Assembly (NCBI GenBank): GCA_028876335.1
Contig: JAGWSG010000187.1
Coordinates: forward strand, 2,362-66,361
Origin: Acidobacteriota bacterium
Lineage (GTDB): Bacteria > Acidobacteriota > Terriglobia > Terriglobales > Acidobacteriaceae
Length of the DNA stretch: 64,000 bases
Direction: 5' to 3'
This document shows, one piece after another, positions 28,810 to 38,887 of this stretch. A program made the translations under genes and the position numbers. The notes under the pieces are model-generated. The model searched no databases, had not been told where the DNA came from, and saw only the letters and a program-made list of their open reading frames with translations. Every line of letters begins with the position of its first letter. The first letter of the stretch is position 1.

Positions 28810-29808
28810 ATGTCCAAAATGGACCGCCGTGAGTTTGTGAAGGCAGCCGGAACTGTGGCAGGTGTAATGGCTCTGAACACCAAAGCGGGTGCGGAGTCGA
28901 AGAGTGAAATGATCTACCGCAAGCTCGGCCGCACGGGCGAGGAAGTTTCGGTCATAGGTTTGGGCGGATACCACATCGGTAAAGCCAGCCTGTCAGAGCA
29001 GGATTCTATCCAACTCATTCGCCAGGCAATCGACCGTGGTATTACCTTTCTGGACAATTGCTGGGACTACAACAACGGTGTGAGCGAAGAGCGCATGGGC
29101 AAGGCTCTAACCGGCGGTTATCGCAACAAGGTGTTCCTCATGACGAAAATCGACGGTCGTACCAAGGCTGCCGCCGCGCACCAGATCGATGAGTCGCTGA
29201 AGCGACTGCAAACCGACCACGTGGACCTGATGCAGCATCACGAAGTAATTCGCTTGGAAGATCCCGACCGCATTTTTGCCGAGGGCGGATCCATGGAAGC
29301 ATTGCTAGAAGCGCAGAAAGCAGGCAAGGTTCGCTACATCGGCTTTACCGGCCATAAGGATCCCTACGTCCATCTCCGCATGCTGGAAGAGGCAAAGGCG
29401 CACAACGTGCACTTTGATGCCGTGCAGATGCCCCTGAATGTAATGGACGCACACTTCCGTAGCTTTACGCATGAAGTGCTGCCCGTGCTCGAACGTGAAG
29501 GCATTGCGCCGCTGGGGATGAAGTGCTTCGGTGATCACCACATTCTCGACAGCAAAACAGTTACACCCATTGAGGCGCTTCACTACTGCATGAATCTGCC
29601 CGTTGCGGTGCAGATTACCGGCATCGACAGCCAGCAGATTCTGGATCAGGCATTTGAGGCAGTGCGGACCTTTAAGCCGCTGAGCAAGGATGAAGTTGCC
29701 CGCCTGCTCGATCGTACCCGGGCGGCTGCCATGAACGGTCAATACGAGCTCTACAAGACCACTGCGAACTTCGATGGCACCGCACACAGACCGCAGATGC
29801 TGGGGTGA
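28810..29808 (+). CDS. Aldo/keto reductase with Tat signal
   Basis: DRREFVK Tat motif; GITFLDNCWDY, MTK, SLKRLQTDHVDL, IGFTGH, VQMPLN. Confidence 0.9.
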   Translation: MSKMDRREFVKAAGTVAGVMALNTKAGAESKSEMIYRKLGRTGEEVSVIGLGGYHIGKASLSEQDSIQLIRQAIDRGITFLDNCWDYNNGVSEERMGKALTGGYRNKVFLMTKIDGRTKAAAAHQIDESLKRLQTDHVDLMQHHEVIRLEDPDRIFAEGGSMEALLEAQKAGKVRYIGFTGHKDPYVHLRMLEEAKAHNVHFDAVQMPLNVMDAHFRSFTHEVLPVLEREGIAPLGMKCFGDHHILDSKTVTPIEALHYCMNLPVAVQITGIDSQQILDQAFEAVRTFKPLSKDEVARLLDRTRAAAMNGQYELYKTTANFDGTAHRPQMLG

Positions 29809-29964
29809 GTGTGATGGAATCGTCGATGCGCAGGGCATCTGCAAGTATTGAAATCGTTATGGGGTAAATGTGAAGCCAGCTTAAATGCATTCTGTATCCG
29901 GCGACACGACACGGACAAACCAAAACCGTTACCCTAGATGGTTGATTACTTCGAGGGGTTTGTC

Positions 29965-31494
29965 ATGACCGTTATTCGCCAGCAGGATTTTATCGACTCC
30001 GTTGCCGGAGCGTTGCAATACATCAGTTACTACCATCCGGTCGATTACATCACGTCGCTCGCCAAAGCCTACGAGCGCGAGCAATCGCCTGCCGCGCGAG
30101 ACGCCATGGCGCAGATTCTAATTAACAGCCGCATGTGTTTTGAGGGACACCGCCCCATTTGCCAGGACACCGGCATCGTTAATGTCTTCGTCAAGCTCGG
30201 CATGGACGCGCGCTTCGAAGGTCCCGACCGCAGCGGGCCCACCATGAGTCTGCAGGAAATGGCGGACGCGGGCGTCCGCAAAGCCTATCTCGATCCCGAC
30301 AACACATTGCGTGCCTCGCTCCTCGCAGACCCAGCCGGCGCTCGCAAGAACACAAAAGACAACACGCCTTCGGTCGTTAATGTCGAGCTCGTCCAGGGCA
30401 ACACCTGTGACATCACTGTTGCAGCAAAAGGCGGCGGGAGCGAAGCAAAGTCGAAATTCGTCATGCTCAACCCGTCCGACTCCATTGTGGAGTGGGTACT
30501 CAAAACCGTGCCCACCATGGGTGCAGGCTGGTGCCCGCCCGGCATGCTCGGCATCGGCATCGGCGGCACGGCAGAGAAGGCTATGCTGCTCGCCAAGCAA
30601 TCGCTCATGGACCCCATAGACATCCAGGACCTAATCGCGCGTGGACCTCAAACCACCGCCGAGAAGCTGCGCGTTGAGCTCTATGACAAGGTGAATCGCC
30701 TCGGTATCGGCGCACAAGGGCTTGGTGGTCTTACCACAGTGCTTGACGTAAAAGTGCTCGATACACCCTGCCACGCAGCCAATCTTCCCGTCGCCATGAT
30801 TCCCAACTGCGCCGCCACGCGCCACGCGCATCTGGTGCTCGATGGTTCCGGCCCCGTCTATCTCGATCCTCCTTCGCTTGAAGACTGGCCAAAGCTGACA
30901 TACGACGTCAGCGGCGCAAAGCGAGTCAATCTCGACGCTGTCACGCGCGAAGAAGCTGCGACATGGAAGCCCGGCGAAGTGCTTCTGCTCAATGGCAAGC
31001 TCCTTACCGGCCGCGATGCCGCACACAAACGCATGACAGACATGCTGAATCGCGGCGAAAAGCTTCCTGTCGATTTCAAGGACCGCTTCATCTACTACGT
31101 TGGTCCTGTTGATGCGGTCCGAGAGGAAGTGATTGGACCTGCAGGTCCCACCACTGCCACGCGCATGGATAAGTTCACCCGCCAGATGCTGGCCGAGACT
31201 GGACTCCTCGGTATGGTTGGCAAGGCAGAACGCGGACCTGCAGCCATCGAGGCCATCAAAGAGTTTGGTGCTGTCTATCTCATGGCCGTTGGCGGTGCTG
31301 CGTATCTTGTTGCCAAAGCCATCAAGGCATCAAGACTGCTCGCCTTTGAGGATCTCGGCATGGAAGGAATTTATGAGTTTGAAGTCAAAGATATGCCTGT
31401 CACGGTCGCGGTTGATAGCAAGGGAACAAGCGTCCACATCACTGGCCCCGCCGAGTGGCAGCAGCGTATCGCCGGCATTCCGATCTTGCAGTAG
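29965..31494 (+). CDS. Class I (Fe-S) fumarate hydratase
   Basis: RPICQDTG, AKGGGSE, GWCPPG, IPNCAATRH, GRDAAH, GPTTATRM. Confidence 0.95.
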   Translation: MTVIRQQDFIDSVAGALQYISYYHPVDYITSLAKAYEREQSPAARDAMAQILINSRMCFEGHRPICQDTGIVNVFVKLGMDARFEGPDRSGPTMSLQEMADAGVRKAYLDPDNTLRASLLADPAGARKNTKDNTPSVVNVELVQGNTCDITVAAKGGGSEAKSKFVMLNPSDSIVEWVLKTVPTMGAGWCPPGMLGIGIGGTAEKAMLLAKQSLMDPIDIQDLIARGPQTTAEKLRVELYDKVNRLGIGAQGLGGLTTVLDVKVLDTPCHAANLPVAMIPNCAATRHAHLVLDGSGPVYLDPPSLEDWPKLTYDVSGAKRVNLDAVTREEAATWKPGEVLLLNGKLLTGRDAAHKRMTDMLNRGEKLPVDFKDRFIYYVGPVDAVREEVIGPAGPTTATRMDKFTRQMLAETGLLGMVGKAERGPAAIEAIKEFGAVYLMAVGGAAYLVAKAIKASRLLAFEDLGMEGIYEFEVKDMPVTVAVDSKGTSVHITGPAEWQQRIAGIPILQ

Positions 31495-31524
31495 CCAGAA
31501 GCAATATCCGTTACCGCAAAAGTC

Positions 31525-31561
31525 AAACCGGCCGAAGCGTTACGCTTCGGCCGGTTTATTT
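31525..31561. terminator. Bidirectional intrinsic terminator
   Basis: AAACCGGCCGAAGCG-tta-CGCTTCGGCCGGTTT followed by a T-run, between convergent genes. Confidence 0.85.
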
Positions 31562-31590
31562 TTCCGTACAGAAATGACTGCGACTCCTTC

Positions 31591-32331
31591 TTACCTCTTC
31601 CCAAACCGATACACAAACCCGTAGTTGAATCCGAACGAGTTCTGCATTGTTGAGCCGAATCCGGTATCGAGATAATCACCTGCCAGGCGCAGGCTGAAAT
31701 TGGGAGTGATGTTGGTCTCGCCGATAATCGACCCGTTAATGGCATAGGTGGTGCCGTCCGGGAAAAGTCCAAGATTCGCCGTTCCGAATCCGTTCGTGTC
31801 GCCGGAGAAGTTGCCCATCGCTACACCGCCCATCACGCGGCCCGCAATTGAATACTTTGGGTTAGCGATGAACCGATAAGTGGGACCCACAAGTACGTCA
31901 TACTGGCTAATGGCCGGGCGCGTAATGCCCGTAAAGTTCACACCAACAAACGGTGTACCGTAGTAGCCGCGCCCGTCCACAGTCACGCCCAGCTTATTGC
32001 TGAAGTTGCGGCTCAGCGCAGTATCGAACGAATAAAGAGTCACGTGCTGCAACTTGGGTCCTGGCTGGAAGCGCAGATAGCCGCCTCCCAGAAAAATCTC
32101 GTACTTATTGCCGTAGGTATCACGAATAGCCTGCGCACGGCGTGCTTCGCGACGTGCACGGATGCGAGCCTGTACGCTGAGCTCTCCAGGCGTAAGCTCC
32201 GGCTGCTGGCTCTGCTTCGCGGCAGGTGCCTCGGTGCTGGAACTGCTCGAACTGGATGATTGCGCCATTACGGCAGGTGCGGCGGGCAAAAGTAAAGCCA
32301 GCCCAAGGGCAAAAAACCGACAGGAAACCAT
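31591..32331 (-). CDS. Small outer-membrane beta-barrel protein
   Basis: Signal peptide, Ser-rich linker, alternating hydrophobic strands, C-terminal YGFVYRF. Confidence 0.7.
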   Translation of the reverse strand: MVSCRFFALGLALLLPAAPAVMAQSSSSSSSSTEAPAAKQSQQPELTPGELSVQARIRARREARRAQAIRDTYGNKYEIFLGGGYLRFQPGPKLQHVTLYSFDTALSRNFSNKLGVTVDGRGYYGTPFVGVNFTGITRPAISQYDVLVGPTYRFIANPKYSIAGRVMGGVAMGNFSGDTNGFGTANLGLFPDGTTYAINGSIIGETNITPNFSLRLAGDYLDTGFGSTMQNSFGFNYGFVYRFGKR

Positions 32332-32576
32332 TTCTTTCGGGATACCTCCACAACAAGACGGAAGCACCCGCAAAGAAGCGCTCCCCCAACTGGTATTAAA
32401 CCATTTCAGGGGTGGTGTCGGGGTGGTTCGCTGGTCATTGGACGCGTAAGAAGCTCATTCGCATCCGATGAGAGTGCTTTTCGAGCGTGCCGAATTCAGT
32501 GAAGGCGGGGCCGGTGATACCGTAGAACAGGGCGCACTTTGCTCAGGTACTACTATTTGCGGAGGAATCTTCCCAG

Positions 32577-33227
32577 ATGGGCCGAGTTTTCTTTGGGTTT
32601 CTCATTGGTGTGCTCGCTGTGATTGCTGGAGCAATCGCATGGCTTTCCTATGGCAATGTGCCGGTTGCGGTTACAGATGCTCCCTTTCCCATGGAGCGTT
32701 TTCTTACCCACATACCGCTCAATGACCGCATTCAGAAAGAAATGATCAAGATGCCGCCAGTTCTCGCCAACGAGCAGAACCTGGTGGCAGGCGCGCGCAT
32801 TTATGCAGACAAGTGCGCCGTATGCCACGGCCTCCACGGCAAACCCTCCAGCATTGGGGGAAATATGTATCCTCCTGCTCCGCCACTATGGGAGCAGCAC
32901 AAGAACAGCTCGGTCGTCGGCGTGAGTGATGATCCTGCAGGCGAAACATTCTGGAAAATCAAAAATGGCATCCGCCTTACGGGTATGCCAACCTATCGCA
33001 ATGAACTGACCGACACTGAGATTTGGCAAGTGAGCCAATTGCTGGCCAATGCCGACAAGCCCCTTCCGCCGGCCGCATTACAGATCCTGAGTGTTGCGTC
33101 CCCTGCGCACGACGCTAAAGCGAAGCCGTCAGATTCTAAGGATCCTGCATCTCCCTGGTGGAAGGACCTCAGCGACGGAGGCAAATCCGGCTCCGCTTCA
33201 ACCTCTGATTCGGCGGCCCCCCAGTAA
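32577..33227 (+). CDS. Membrane-anchored monoheme cytochrome c
   Basis: N-terminal TM, CAVCH heme motif, GIRLTGMP distal Met. Confidence 0.9.
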   Translation: MGRVFFGFLIGVLAVIAGAIAWLSYGNVPVAVTDAPFPMERFLTHIPLNDRIQKEMIKMPPVLANEQNLVAGARIYADKCAVCHGLHGKPSSIGGNMYPPAPPLWEQHKNSSVVGVSDDPAGETFWKIKNGIRLTGMPTYRNELTDTEIWQVSQLLANADKPLPPAALQILSVASPAHDAKAKPSDSKDPASPWWKDLSDGGKSGSASTSDSAAPQ

Positions 33228-33296
33228 AGTGACCAGAGAGGTTTATCCGGCAGCGCTGAAAGGCTTCTCAAATACAATTGCAGGAGGAGGAATTCT

Positions 33297-33407
33297 ATGA
33301 GCGTGATGGAAAGCCTGCGCAATGGCTTTAAGTTCTTCCTCATGAGTTTGGGCATTTCAACTCCCGCAAAGAAACCCCAGGCTGCGCCACCAGCAAAGCC
33401 TAAGTAA
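33297..33407 (+). CDS. Small protein (36 aa), not in the ORF track
   Basis: AGGAGGAGG SD, then MSVMESLRNGFKFFLMSLGISTPAKKPQAAPPAKPK*. Confidence 0.65.
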   Translation: MSVMESLRNGFKFFLMSLGISTPAKKPQAAPPAKPK

Positions 33408-33669
33408 GTCTCGCCTTCATATGTGCGGCTGCAGATGTGTCACGGCTCTTGCCTTATCAGGATTCCTGTTTCATGATGACGAGCCAATCTCCATAACGAG
33501 TGGCCATAAAAGTAGCACTATCTTTCTTAGAAGTGCGTGGGGCCATCTGCACAATATTCAAATGTTCCTTTCAGTTATTTGCTACCCGCTTAATCCTCCC
33601 TATGAAGGATGGTGACCTGTTAGCCTGTTGCGCGGATGCAGTGAGTCCTCCTGCCTTGGAGTTTTTCCG

Positions 33670-34755
33670 ATGAGTCTTTTTTTCGTGCGCCGCGTATTCG
33701 CCGCATCAGTCTTAATCGTTGCCGCTGTGCAGCTAGCAGCTCAGCAGAGTTATTTCACGAATTGGCCAGACGGCACCTCCCCTGAATTCATCGGCAAACA
33801 CTTGGCCGAGCATTTCGTCACCAGTCCGCACCAGTACACAAAGACAATTCACTATTCTGAAGTTGTCACCTGGTATGGGGCGCTCACTTTTGCACAGGTC
33901 ACGCATGACGATACTCTGCGCAATGAACTCATCAGACGCTTTGAGCCGTTAATGCCTCGTGGTGAGGAGTCGGATAGAAGGCCCCTGCGCCATCACGTCG
34001 ACGATTCCGTTTTCGGTGTTGTGCCTCTCGAAATTGCCATTCAAACGCATGACCCGAAATACCTGGCCGAAGGCAAATACTGGGCAGATCGCCAGTGGGA
34101 AGATCCACTTCCTGACGGCTTCTCGCGTGAGACGCGCTATTGGGTCGACGACATGTATATGTTGAACATGCTGCAGCTTGAGGCCTTTCGCGCCACCGGC
34201 GAACGCAAATATCTCGACCGCGATGCCAAAGAGATGGTGGCTTATCTCGACAAGCTCCAACAGCCCAATGGTCTTTTCTATCACGCGCCTGACGTACCTT
34301 TCTTCTGGGGCCGCGGCGATGGCTGGTTTGCCGCGGGCATGGCGGAAGTGCTGCGCACGCTTCCCGCGGATCATCCCGACCGCGCCCGCATTATGAAGGG
34401 CTACAAGAAGATGATGGCCGCACTTCTGCGTTACCAGGGCAAAGATGGTATGTGGCGCGAACTCATCGATCACCCTGAGGCATGGCCGGAAAGCTCCAGC
34501 TCGGCCATGTTCACTTTCGCCATGATCACAGGGGTCAAGAATGGCTGGCTTGATGCGGCAGAGTATGGTCCTGCTGCCCGTAGGGCCTGGATTGCCGTCG
34601 TTGGATATGTTGACCAGAACTGGGATGTCACACAGGTCTGCGAAGGCACCGGGAAAAAGAACGACCTTGCCTATTACCTTGCCCGTCACCGTCGAACCGG
34701 CGATTTTCACGGACAGGGGCCTGTACTCTGGGCCGCAACGGAACTGCTGCGCTAG
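33670..34755 (+). CDS. Glycoside hydrolase family 88/105 (unsaturated glycuronyl hydrolase)
   Basis: Signal peptide; WVDDMYM, FFWGRGDGW, ESSSSAMF, HGQGP. Confidence 0.9.
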   Translation: MSLFFVRRVFAASVLIVAAVQLAAQQSYFTNWPDGTSPEFIGKHLAEHFVTSPHQYTKTIHYSEVVTWYGALTFAQVTHDDTLRNELIRRFEPLMPRGEESDRRPLRHHVDDSVFGVVPLEIAIQTHDPKYLAEGKYWADRQWEDPLPDGFSRETRYWVDDMYMLNMLQLEAFRATGERKYLDRDAKEMVAYLDKLQQPNGLFYHAPDVPFFWGRGDGWFAAGMAEVLRTLPADHPDRARIMKGYKKMMAALLRYQGKDGMWRELIDHPEAWPESSSSAMFTFAMITGVKNGWLDAAEYGPAARRAWIAVVGYVDQNWDVTQVCEGTGKKNDLAYYLARHRRTGDFHGQGPVLWAATELLR

Positions 34756-34770
34756 TTCAATCCACTTCGG

Positions 34771-34795
34771 AGACCGCGGCGGATAGTCGCGGTCT
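34771..34795 (+). terminator. Hairpin after the GH88/105 gene
   Basis: AGACCGCGGC-ggata-GTCGCGGTCT with a weak U-tract. Confidence 0.5.
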
Positions 34796-34853
34796 TGAAA
34801 TCTGAATCCAGCCGTCGCAAAATCTGCTCCAATAGAGAGGGCAGGGTGTGGAT

Positions 34854-35030
34854 ATGGCAGATGGTCAACGTCGGGGGTTCTTCAGAGCATTCCTCGACTT
34901 CTTTATCCTCTTCAACGGCATCTCAACAGCTTCGAACCTCTCGCGCACGCAACGCGCTCCGGTCAAACGGCGTGGCTTGTTTCTCTTCCGTTCGAAGAAG
35001 GAAAACCGGCCAACATCGCCCGTTTCCTGA
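34854..35030 (+). CDS. Small basic protein (58 aa)
   Basis: Purine-rich SD (GAGAGGG/AGGG); MADGQRRGFFRAFLDFFILFNGISTASNLSRTQRAPVKRRGLFLFRSKKENRPTSPVS*. It fills the gap before mqnC. Confidence 0.55.
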   Translation: MADGQRRGFFRAFLDFFILFNGISTASNLSRTQRAPVKRRGLFLFRSKKENRPTSPVS

Positions 35031-35076
35031 CCTCCGTTTGCCTGACCCAGACCCCTGCTCCCTGTAGACTATAGCC

Positions 35077-36123
35077 ATGGCAATCACCCGCGAGCAGGCG
35101 CTCGAATACTTCGCATCTCCCGATCTCATTGGCCTCGGCATGGAAGCCGATTCCGTGCGCCGCCGTCTGCACCCCGAGCAGGTGGTCACCTACATCATCG
35201 ACCGCAACATCAACTACACCAACTTCTGCACTGAGTACTGCACCTTCTGCGCCTTCTACCGCCCGCTTAAGGGACCCAAGGCCAGCGAGGGCTACATCCT
35301 CGATTTCGAAACCATCTACCAGAAGATTGCCGAAACGGTCGAAATGGGCGGCACCGGCGTTCTGATGCAGGGCGGCATTCATCCCGATCTTAAAATTGAC
35401 TGGTTCGAGCGCCTCTTCACCGGAATCAAGCAGCGCTTCCCGCAAATCTGGCTCCATTGCCTCTCCGCGTCGGAAGTGCTGGCCATTGCCGAGTACTCCG
35501 AGCTCGATCTGCGCACTACCATTGCTCGCCTTCGCGATGCCGGCCTTGATTCCATCCCTGGCGGCGGAGCCGAAATTCTCGATGACGATGTGCGTAAACG
35601 CATCGCGCGCCTTAAGTGCCGTACAGAGGACTGGGTCAACGTCCATCGTACCGCGCACAAGCTCGGCATGCGCACAACGGCAACCATGATGTTCGGCGTC
35701 GGTGAAACCATGGACCAGCGCGTCAACCACTTTGAGGTTGTCCGTAACCTTCAGGAAGAAACTGGCGGGTTCACGGCCTTCATTCCCTGGAGCTTCCAGC
35801 CGAAATACACCGCACTCGGTGGCCGCGGCTGGGACGAAGCGACCAGCGTGGAATATCTCAAGACGCTCGCCATCTCGCGCCTCTATCTCGACAACATTGA
35901 GAACGTACAGGCCTCATGGGTTACGCAGGGCCTCAAGGTGCTCGAACTCGGCCTCCACTTCGGCGGCAACGATGTAGGCTCCGTCATGCTTGAAGAGAAC
36001 GTCGTCAAGGCCGCAGGCACCTCAAACTGCACCACCGAGGAAGAACTCCGCCGCATCATTCGAGACGCCGGCTTCAAGCCTGTCCAGCGCGATACGCTCT
36101 ACCGCACGATGTTCTTGAATTGA
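35077..36123 (+). CDS. mqnC: Cyclic dehypoxanthinyl futalosine synthase (radical SAM; futalosine menaquinone pathway)
   Basis: VTYIIDRNINYTNFCTEYCTFCAFYR (CX3CX2C), MQGG.HP, SIPGGGAEIL, TATMMFG, QASWVTQG, GSVMLEENVV. Confidence 0.9.
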   Translation: MAITREQALEYFASPDLIGLGMEADSVRRRLHPEQVVTYIIDRNINYTNFCTEYCTFCAFYRPLKGPKASEGYILDFETIYQKIAETVEMGGTGVLMQGGIHPDLKIDWFERLFTGIKQRFPQIWLHCLSASEVLAIAEYSELDLRTTIARLRDAGLDSIPGGGAEILDDDVRKRIARLKCRTEDWVNVHRTAHKLGMRTTATMMFGVGETMDQRVNHFEVVRNLQEETGGFTAFIPWSFQPKYTALGGRGWDEATSVEYLKTLAISRLYLDNIENVQASWVTQGLKVLELGLHFGGNDVGSVMLEENVVKAAGTSNCTTEEELRRIIRDAGFKPVQRDTLYRTMFLN

Positions 36124-36158
36124 GGTCGCATACTGGTTCTTTAAGCCCGCAACCCTAA

Positions 36159-37007
36159 CTACCAAAGCCCCGCTATCAGCAGCAGGCTATAAACAACCGA
36201 GAGCGCAAGGGCCTGCTGCCCAACCGTCTTGAGCGCCATCTGCAGAGACGCCGGAGTCTTCTGCCGGATCAGATCGTATCCATAGCCGACTGCCGCAATC
36301 GTCAGGGCCGCAGCGATCCAGGCACGTTCCCGCACAACCATTGCCACTGCGGCGCAAAGCAGCACCACCACCGCAACCTGCGCGGCACGGCGAAATTGCC
36401 GGCTCGCCGGTGACGCCTTGCGCAGCGCAATACGCGCATCCAGCCGTGAGTGCACCACCAGAATGCCCGCGCTGGCCTGCATGGCGATCAGCGCCCAGAA
36501 CCACCAGCACCAGGTCGCCACAGATCCAAGCGCGGAAATGCACGTTGCCAGCGAAGTCGACGTCAGCGCCGCGGCACTCACAATCTGGAAGAGCGTCGAG
36601 CGTTGCTTATTTTTGAAATTCACTGCAACGGCAATGCACCCAAATGCCGCAACTCCCGCCCCGATTGCCAGAAACGCCTTGAGCGGCCAGGTCACGAACA
36701 GAACAACAATGCTTGCGATAAGGATCGTCATCCAGCCAATCAGCCACCGCGCAGCACCCCGGGCTTCTGGGCTCCGCTGTTTCCACGTAAACCGCTGCCG
36801 CAACAGCAAAACTGCCGGGTCCTTTGCTGCCATTGCAGAAAAAGCTGCCGTCAGTACGGCAACCTCACTCCATTGCCATGTCCGCGCCAAAATCGCCACG
36901 CTGAAAATCGGAGTTAACAACATCGCAGTCGCCCCATGTTCGCGTGGAAGATACACTTTGGTTCGGTTCACATTCTCTGTCGAGTTCATCTGCATAGTTG
37001 TTCCCAT
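36159..37007 (-). CDS. YwiC-like membrane protein
   Basis: N-terminal LPREHGA motif, multiple TM helices. The start may be 36995 or 36989. Confidence 0.8.
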   Translation of the reverse strand: MGTTMQMNSTENVNRTKVYLPREHGATAMLLTPIFSVAILARTWQWSEVAVLTAAFSAMAAKDPAVLLLRQRFTWKQRSPEARGAARWLIGWMTILIASIVVLFVTWPLKAFLAIGAGVAAFGCIAVAVNFKNKQRSTLFQIVSAAALTSTSLATCISALGSVATWCWWFWALIAMQASAGILVVHSRLDARIALRKASPASRQFRRAAQVAVVVLLCAAVAMVVRERAWIAAALTIAAVGYGYDLIRQKTPASLQMALKTVGQQALALSVVYSLLLIAGLW

Positions 37008-37203
37008 GGCCGTCTCTCATCTTCTGGCACGCTGCACTCTTCCGCTGATTCCTGCACGCCCGATGCCATGAACATACCGGGAAGGCTATTTTAATGGCAG
37101 CGACTTTTATCACACGTCGCTCAATTAGGCGTTGGGAAAAGTGAGAGAAGGTCAAGGTCGCCGTGCCGCCGTATTGCTGAAATGGCCTTTTGTGCGCGAT
37201 GTC

Positions 37204-37252
37204 ACGCGCCAGAAAATAGCAGCCGGTGATATTCTGGCGCGTCCTATTTTTT
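37204..37252 (+). promoter_or_regulatory. Terminator-like hairpin directly upstream of a lipoprotein RBS
   Basis: ACGCGCCAGAA-N17-TTCTGGCGCGT, then CCTATTTTTT. The SD GAGGAGG follows, with GTG at 37271. Confidence 0.5.
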
Positions 37253-37270
37253 GCCTTGAGGAGGATAACT

Positions 37271-37804
37271 GTGAAAAAAGCTGTACTGCTGGTTCTCAGC
37301 GGGTTGCTGTTGGTGGCCGGATGCAACAGTGGCTCAAATAAATCTGCCGGCATTCCTGTTAAGCCCAAATGGAAGGGGCCGGCCTATCACATCGCCTTCG
37401 GCGACAAGCAAGCCAAACCTGATAAATCCGGTGTAACGCTGCCGAACGTCACGTGGGACGCCAATCCAGACGCTGTTGAGAGAAGAGCCACACTTGTAGT
37501 GCGCTTTGACTCGTCTGGTGTAAAGACCGACAAGCTGATCGTCAATCAAGTTGTCCTGGCTCCTTTTGATATTTCTGGCACAAAGGGATCGCTCCCCGCC
37601 GATGCCTTGAAGTATGCCGATGAAGGACTTGCACACCTGCTTACTTCCTATTGCGTAAATGGAAAAGTAAAAGTCCAGATTCGTCTGGAAAAGTCTTCGC
37701 TCAGTCCGCAACCCAGTGACGAAGGCATCAATGACAATGCACTCTCTGACTGGCTCTCCACTGAGATTGATTTCAAGAATCCCAAGAAGCACTGCACCAT
37801 CTAG
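37271..37804 (+). CDS. Hypothetical lipoprotein
   Basis: GAGGAGG SD; MKKAVLLVLSGLLLVAG-C lipobox. Confidence 0.8.
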   Translation: MKKAVLLVLSGLLLVAGCNSGSNKSAGIPVKPKWKGPAYHIAFGDKQAKPDKSGVTLPNVTWDANPDAVERRATLVVRFDSSGVKTDKLIVNQVVLAPFDISGTKGSLPADALKYADEGLAHLLTSYCVNGKVKVQIRLEKSSLSPQPSDEGINDNALSDWLSTEIDFKNPKKHCTI

Positions 37805-37905
37805 AGTCAAACTTCTGGGGCGGCATATTCATTGTGCCGCCTCTTGTATTTGCATACTCCATTTCCTCGAAACCCGTTGCCGCATTCTGCTAGACTTGCC
37901 CCGCC

Positions 37906-38784
37906 ATGAAAACCTACATCTTCCGCACGCTCTGTGCGTTCCTCGTCCTTGCAGGCGTCGCTTCAGCGCAGAAAGTCATCCCACTGTACCCAGGTACCGC
38001 TCCAGGATCGTCCGAGACAAACTACCCGGAGCAGCAGTATTTCACTAAGGCTTGGAACACTGAGATTGTCACCAATGTCACCAAGCCGACATTGACAGTA
38101 TTTAAGCCCAGGCCTGCTCTCAAAAATGGCACCGCTATTGTCATCTGCCCCGGCGGTGGCTTCATGGCACTCTCCATTAACAATGAAGGATATGACGTTG
38201 CCAAATACTTGGCCGCCAGAGGTGTAACTGCATTCGTTCTGAAGTATCGTCTCGCTTATACCAAAGGCGATGCGGCCGCAGAGTTCCAAAAACTATTTGC
38301 GGACCGCCCGAAGTTCAGCGTAATGCTGCATCAGATTGAGCCGCTCGCTGCCGAGGACGGCCTGGCAGCAGTCACCTATGTTCGGCAACACGCGGCGGAA
38401 TGGGGCGTAAATCCTGATCGAGTGGGCATCATAGGCTTTTCTGCCGGCGGCGAGGTTACCGCCGAGGTCGCCTTCCATTACAAGCCCGAAGGCCGTCCCG
38501 CATTTGTTGCCCCAATTTACGCCGGCTCCGTAGCAAAAGGCACGCCGGTCCCTGAAGATGCTCCACCCATGTTCCTAGCTGCAGCGACGGACGATTCTCT
38601 CGGTCTGATGCCACAAACTCTCGATCTTTACACTCGCTGGACTGAAGCCCACAAGCCCGCAGAACTGCACATTTATGAGAAGGGTGGACACGGCTTCGGC
38701 ATGCACAAGCAGGGGATTCCCACCGACCATTGGATCGAACGATTTACTGATTGGATGGCGATGCACGGCTGGTTGCAGAAGTAA
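37906..38784 (+). CDS. Secreted alpha/beta hydrolase (carbohydrate esterase-like)
   Basis: VICPGGGF, GFSAGG nucleophile elbow, TDD, GGHGFG. Confidence 0.9.
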   Translation: MKTYIFRTLCAFLVLAGVASAQKVIPLYPGTAPGSSETNYPEQQYFTKAWNTEIVTNVTKPTLTVFKPRPALKNGTAIVICPGGGFMALSINNEGYDVAKYLAARGVTAFVLKYRLAYTKGDAAAEFQKLFADRPKFSVMLHQIEPLAAEDGLAAVTYVRQHAAEWGVNPDRVGIIGFSAGGEVTAEVAFHYKPEGRPAFVAPIYAGSVAKGTPVPEDAPPMFLAAATDDSLGLMPQTLDLYTRWTEAHKPAELHIYEKGGHGFGMHKQGIPTDHWIERFTDWMAMHGWLQK

Positions 38785-38887
38785 CGTCGCTTCTGTGCGC
38801 GATGTTTTGCATGGCTTGATGACCAAGCGGTGTACGCTCAACGTTAACAGTGCCAATCTCTGATGGTGTACAACAGATTTCACAGAA

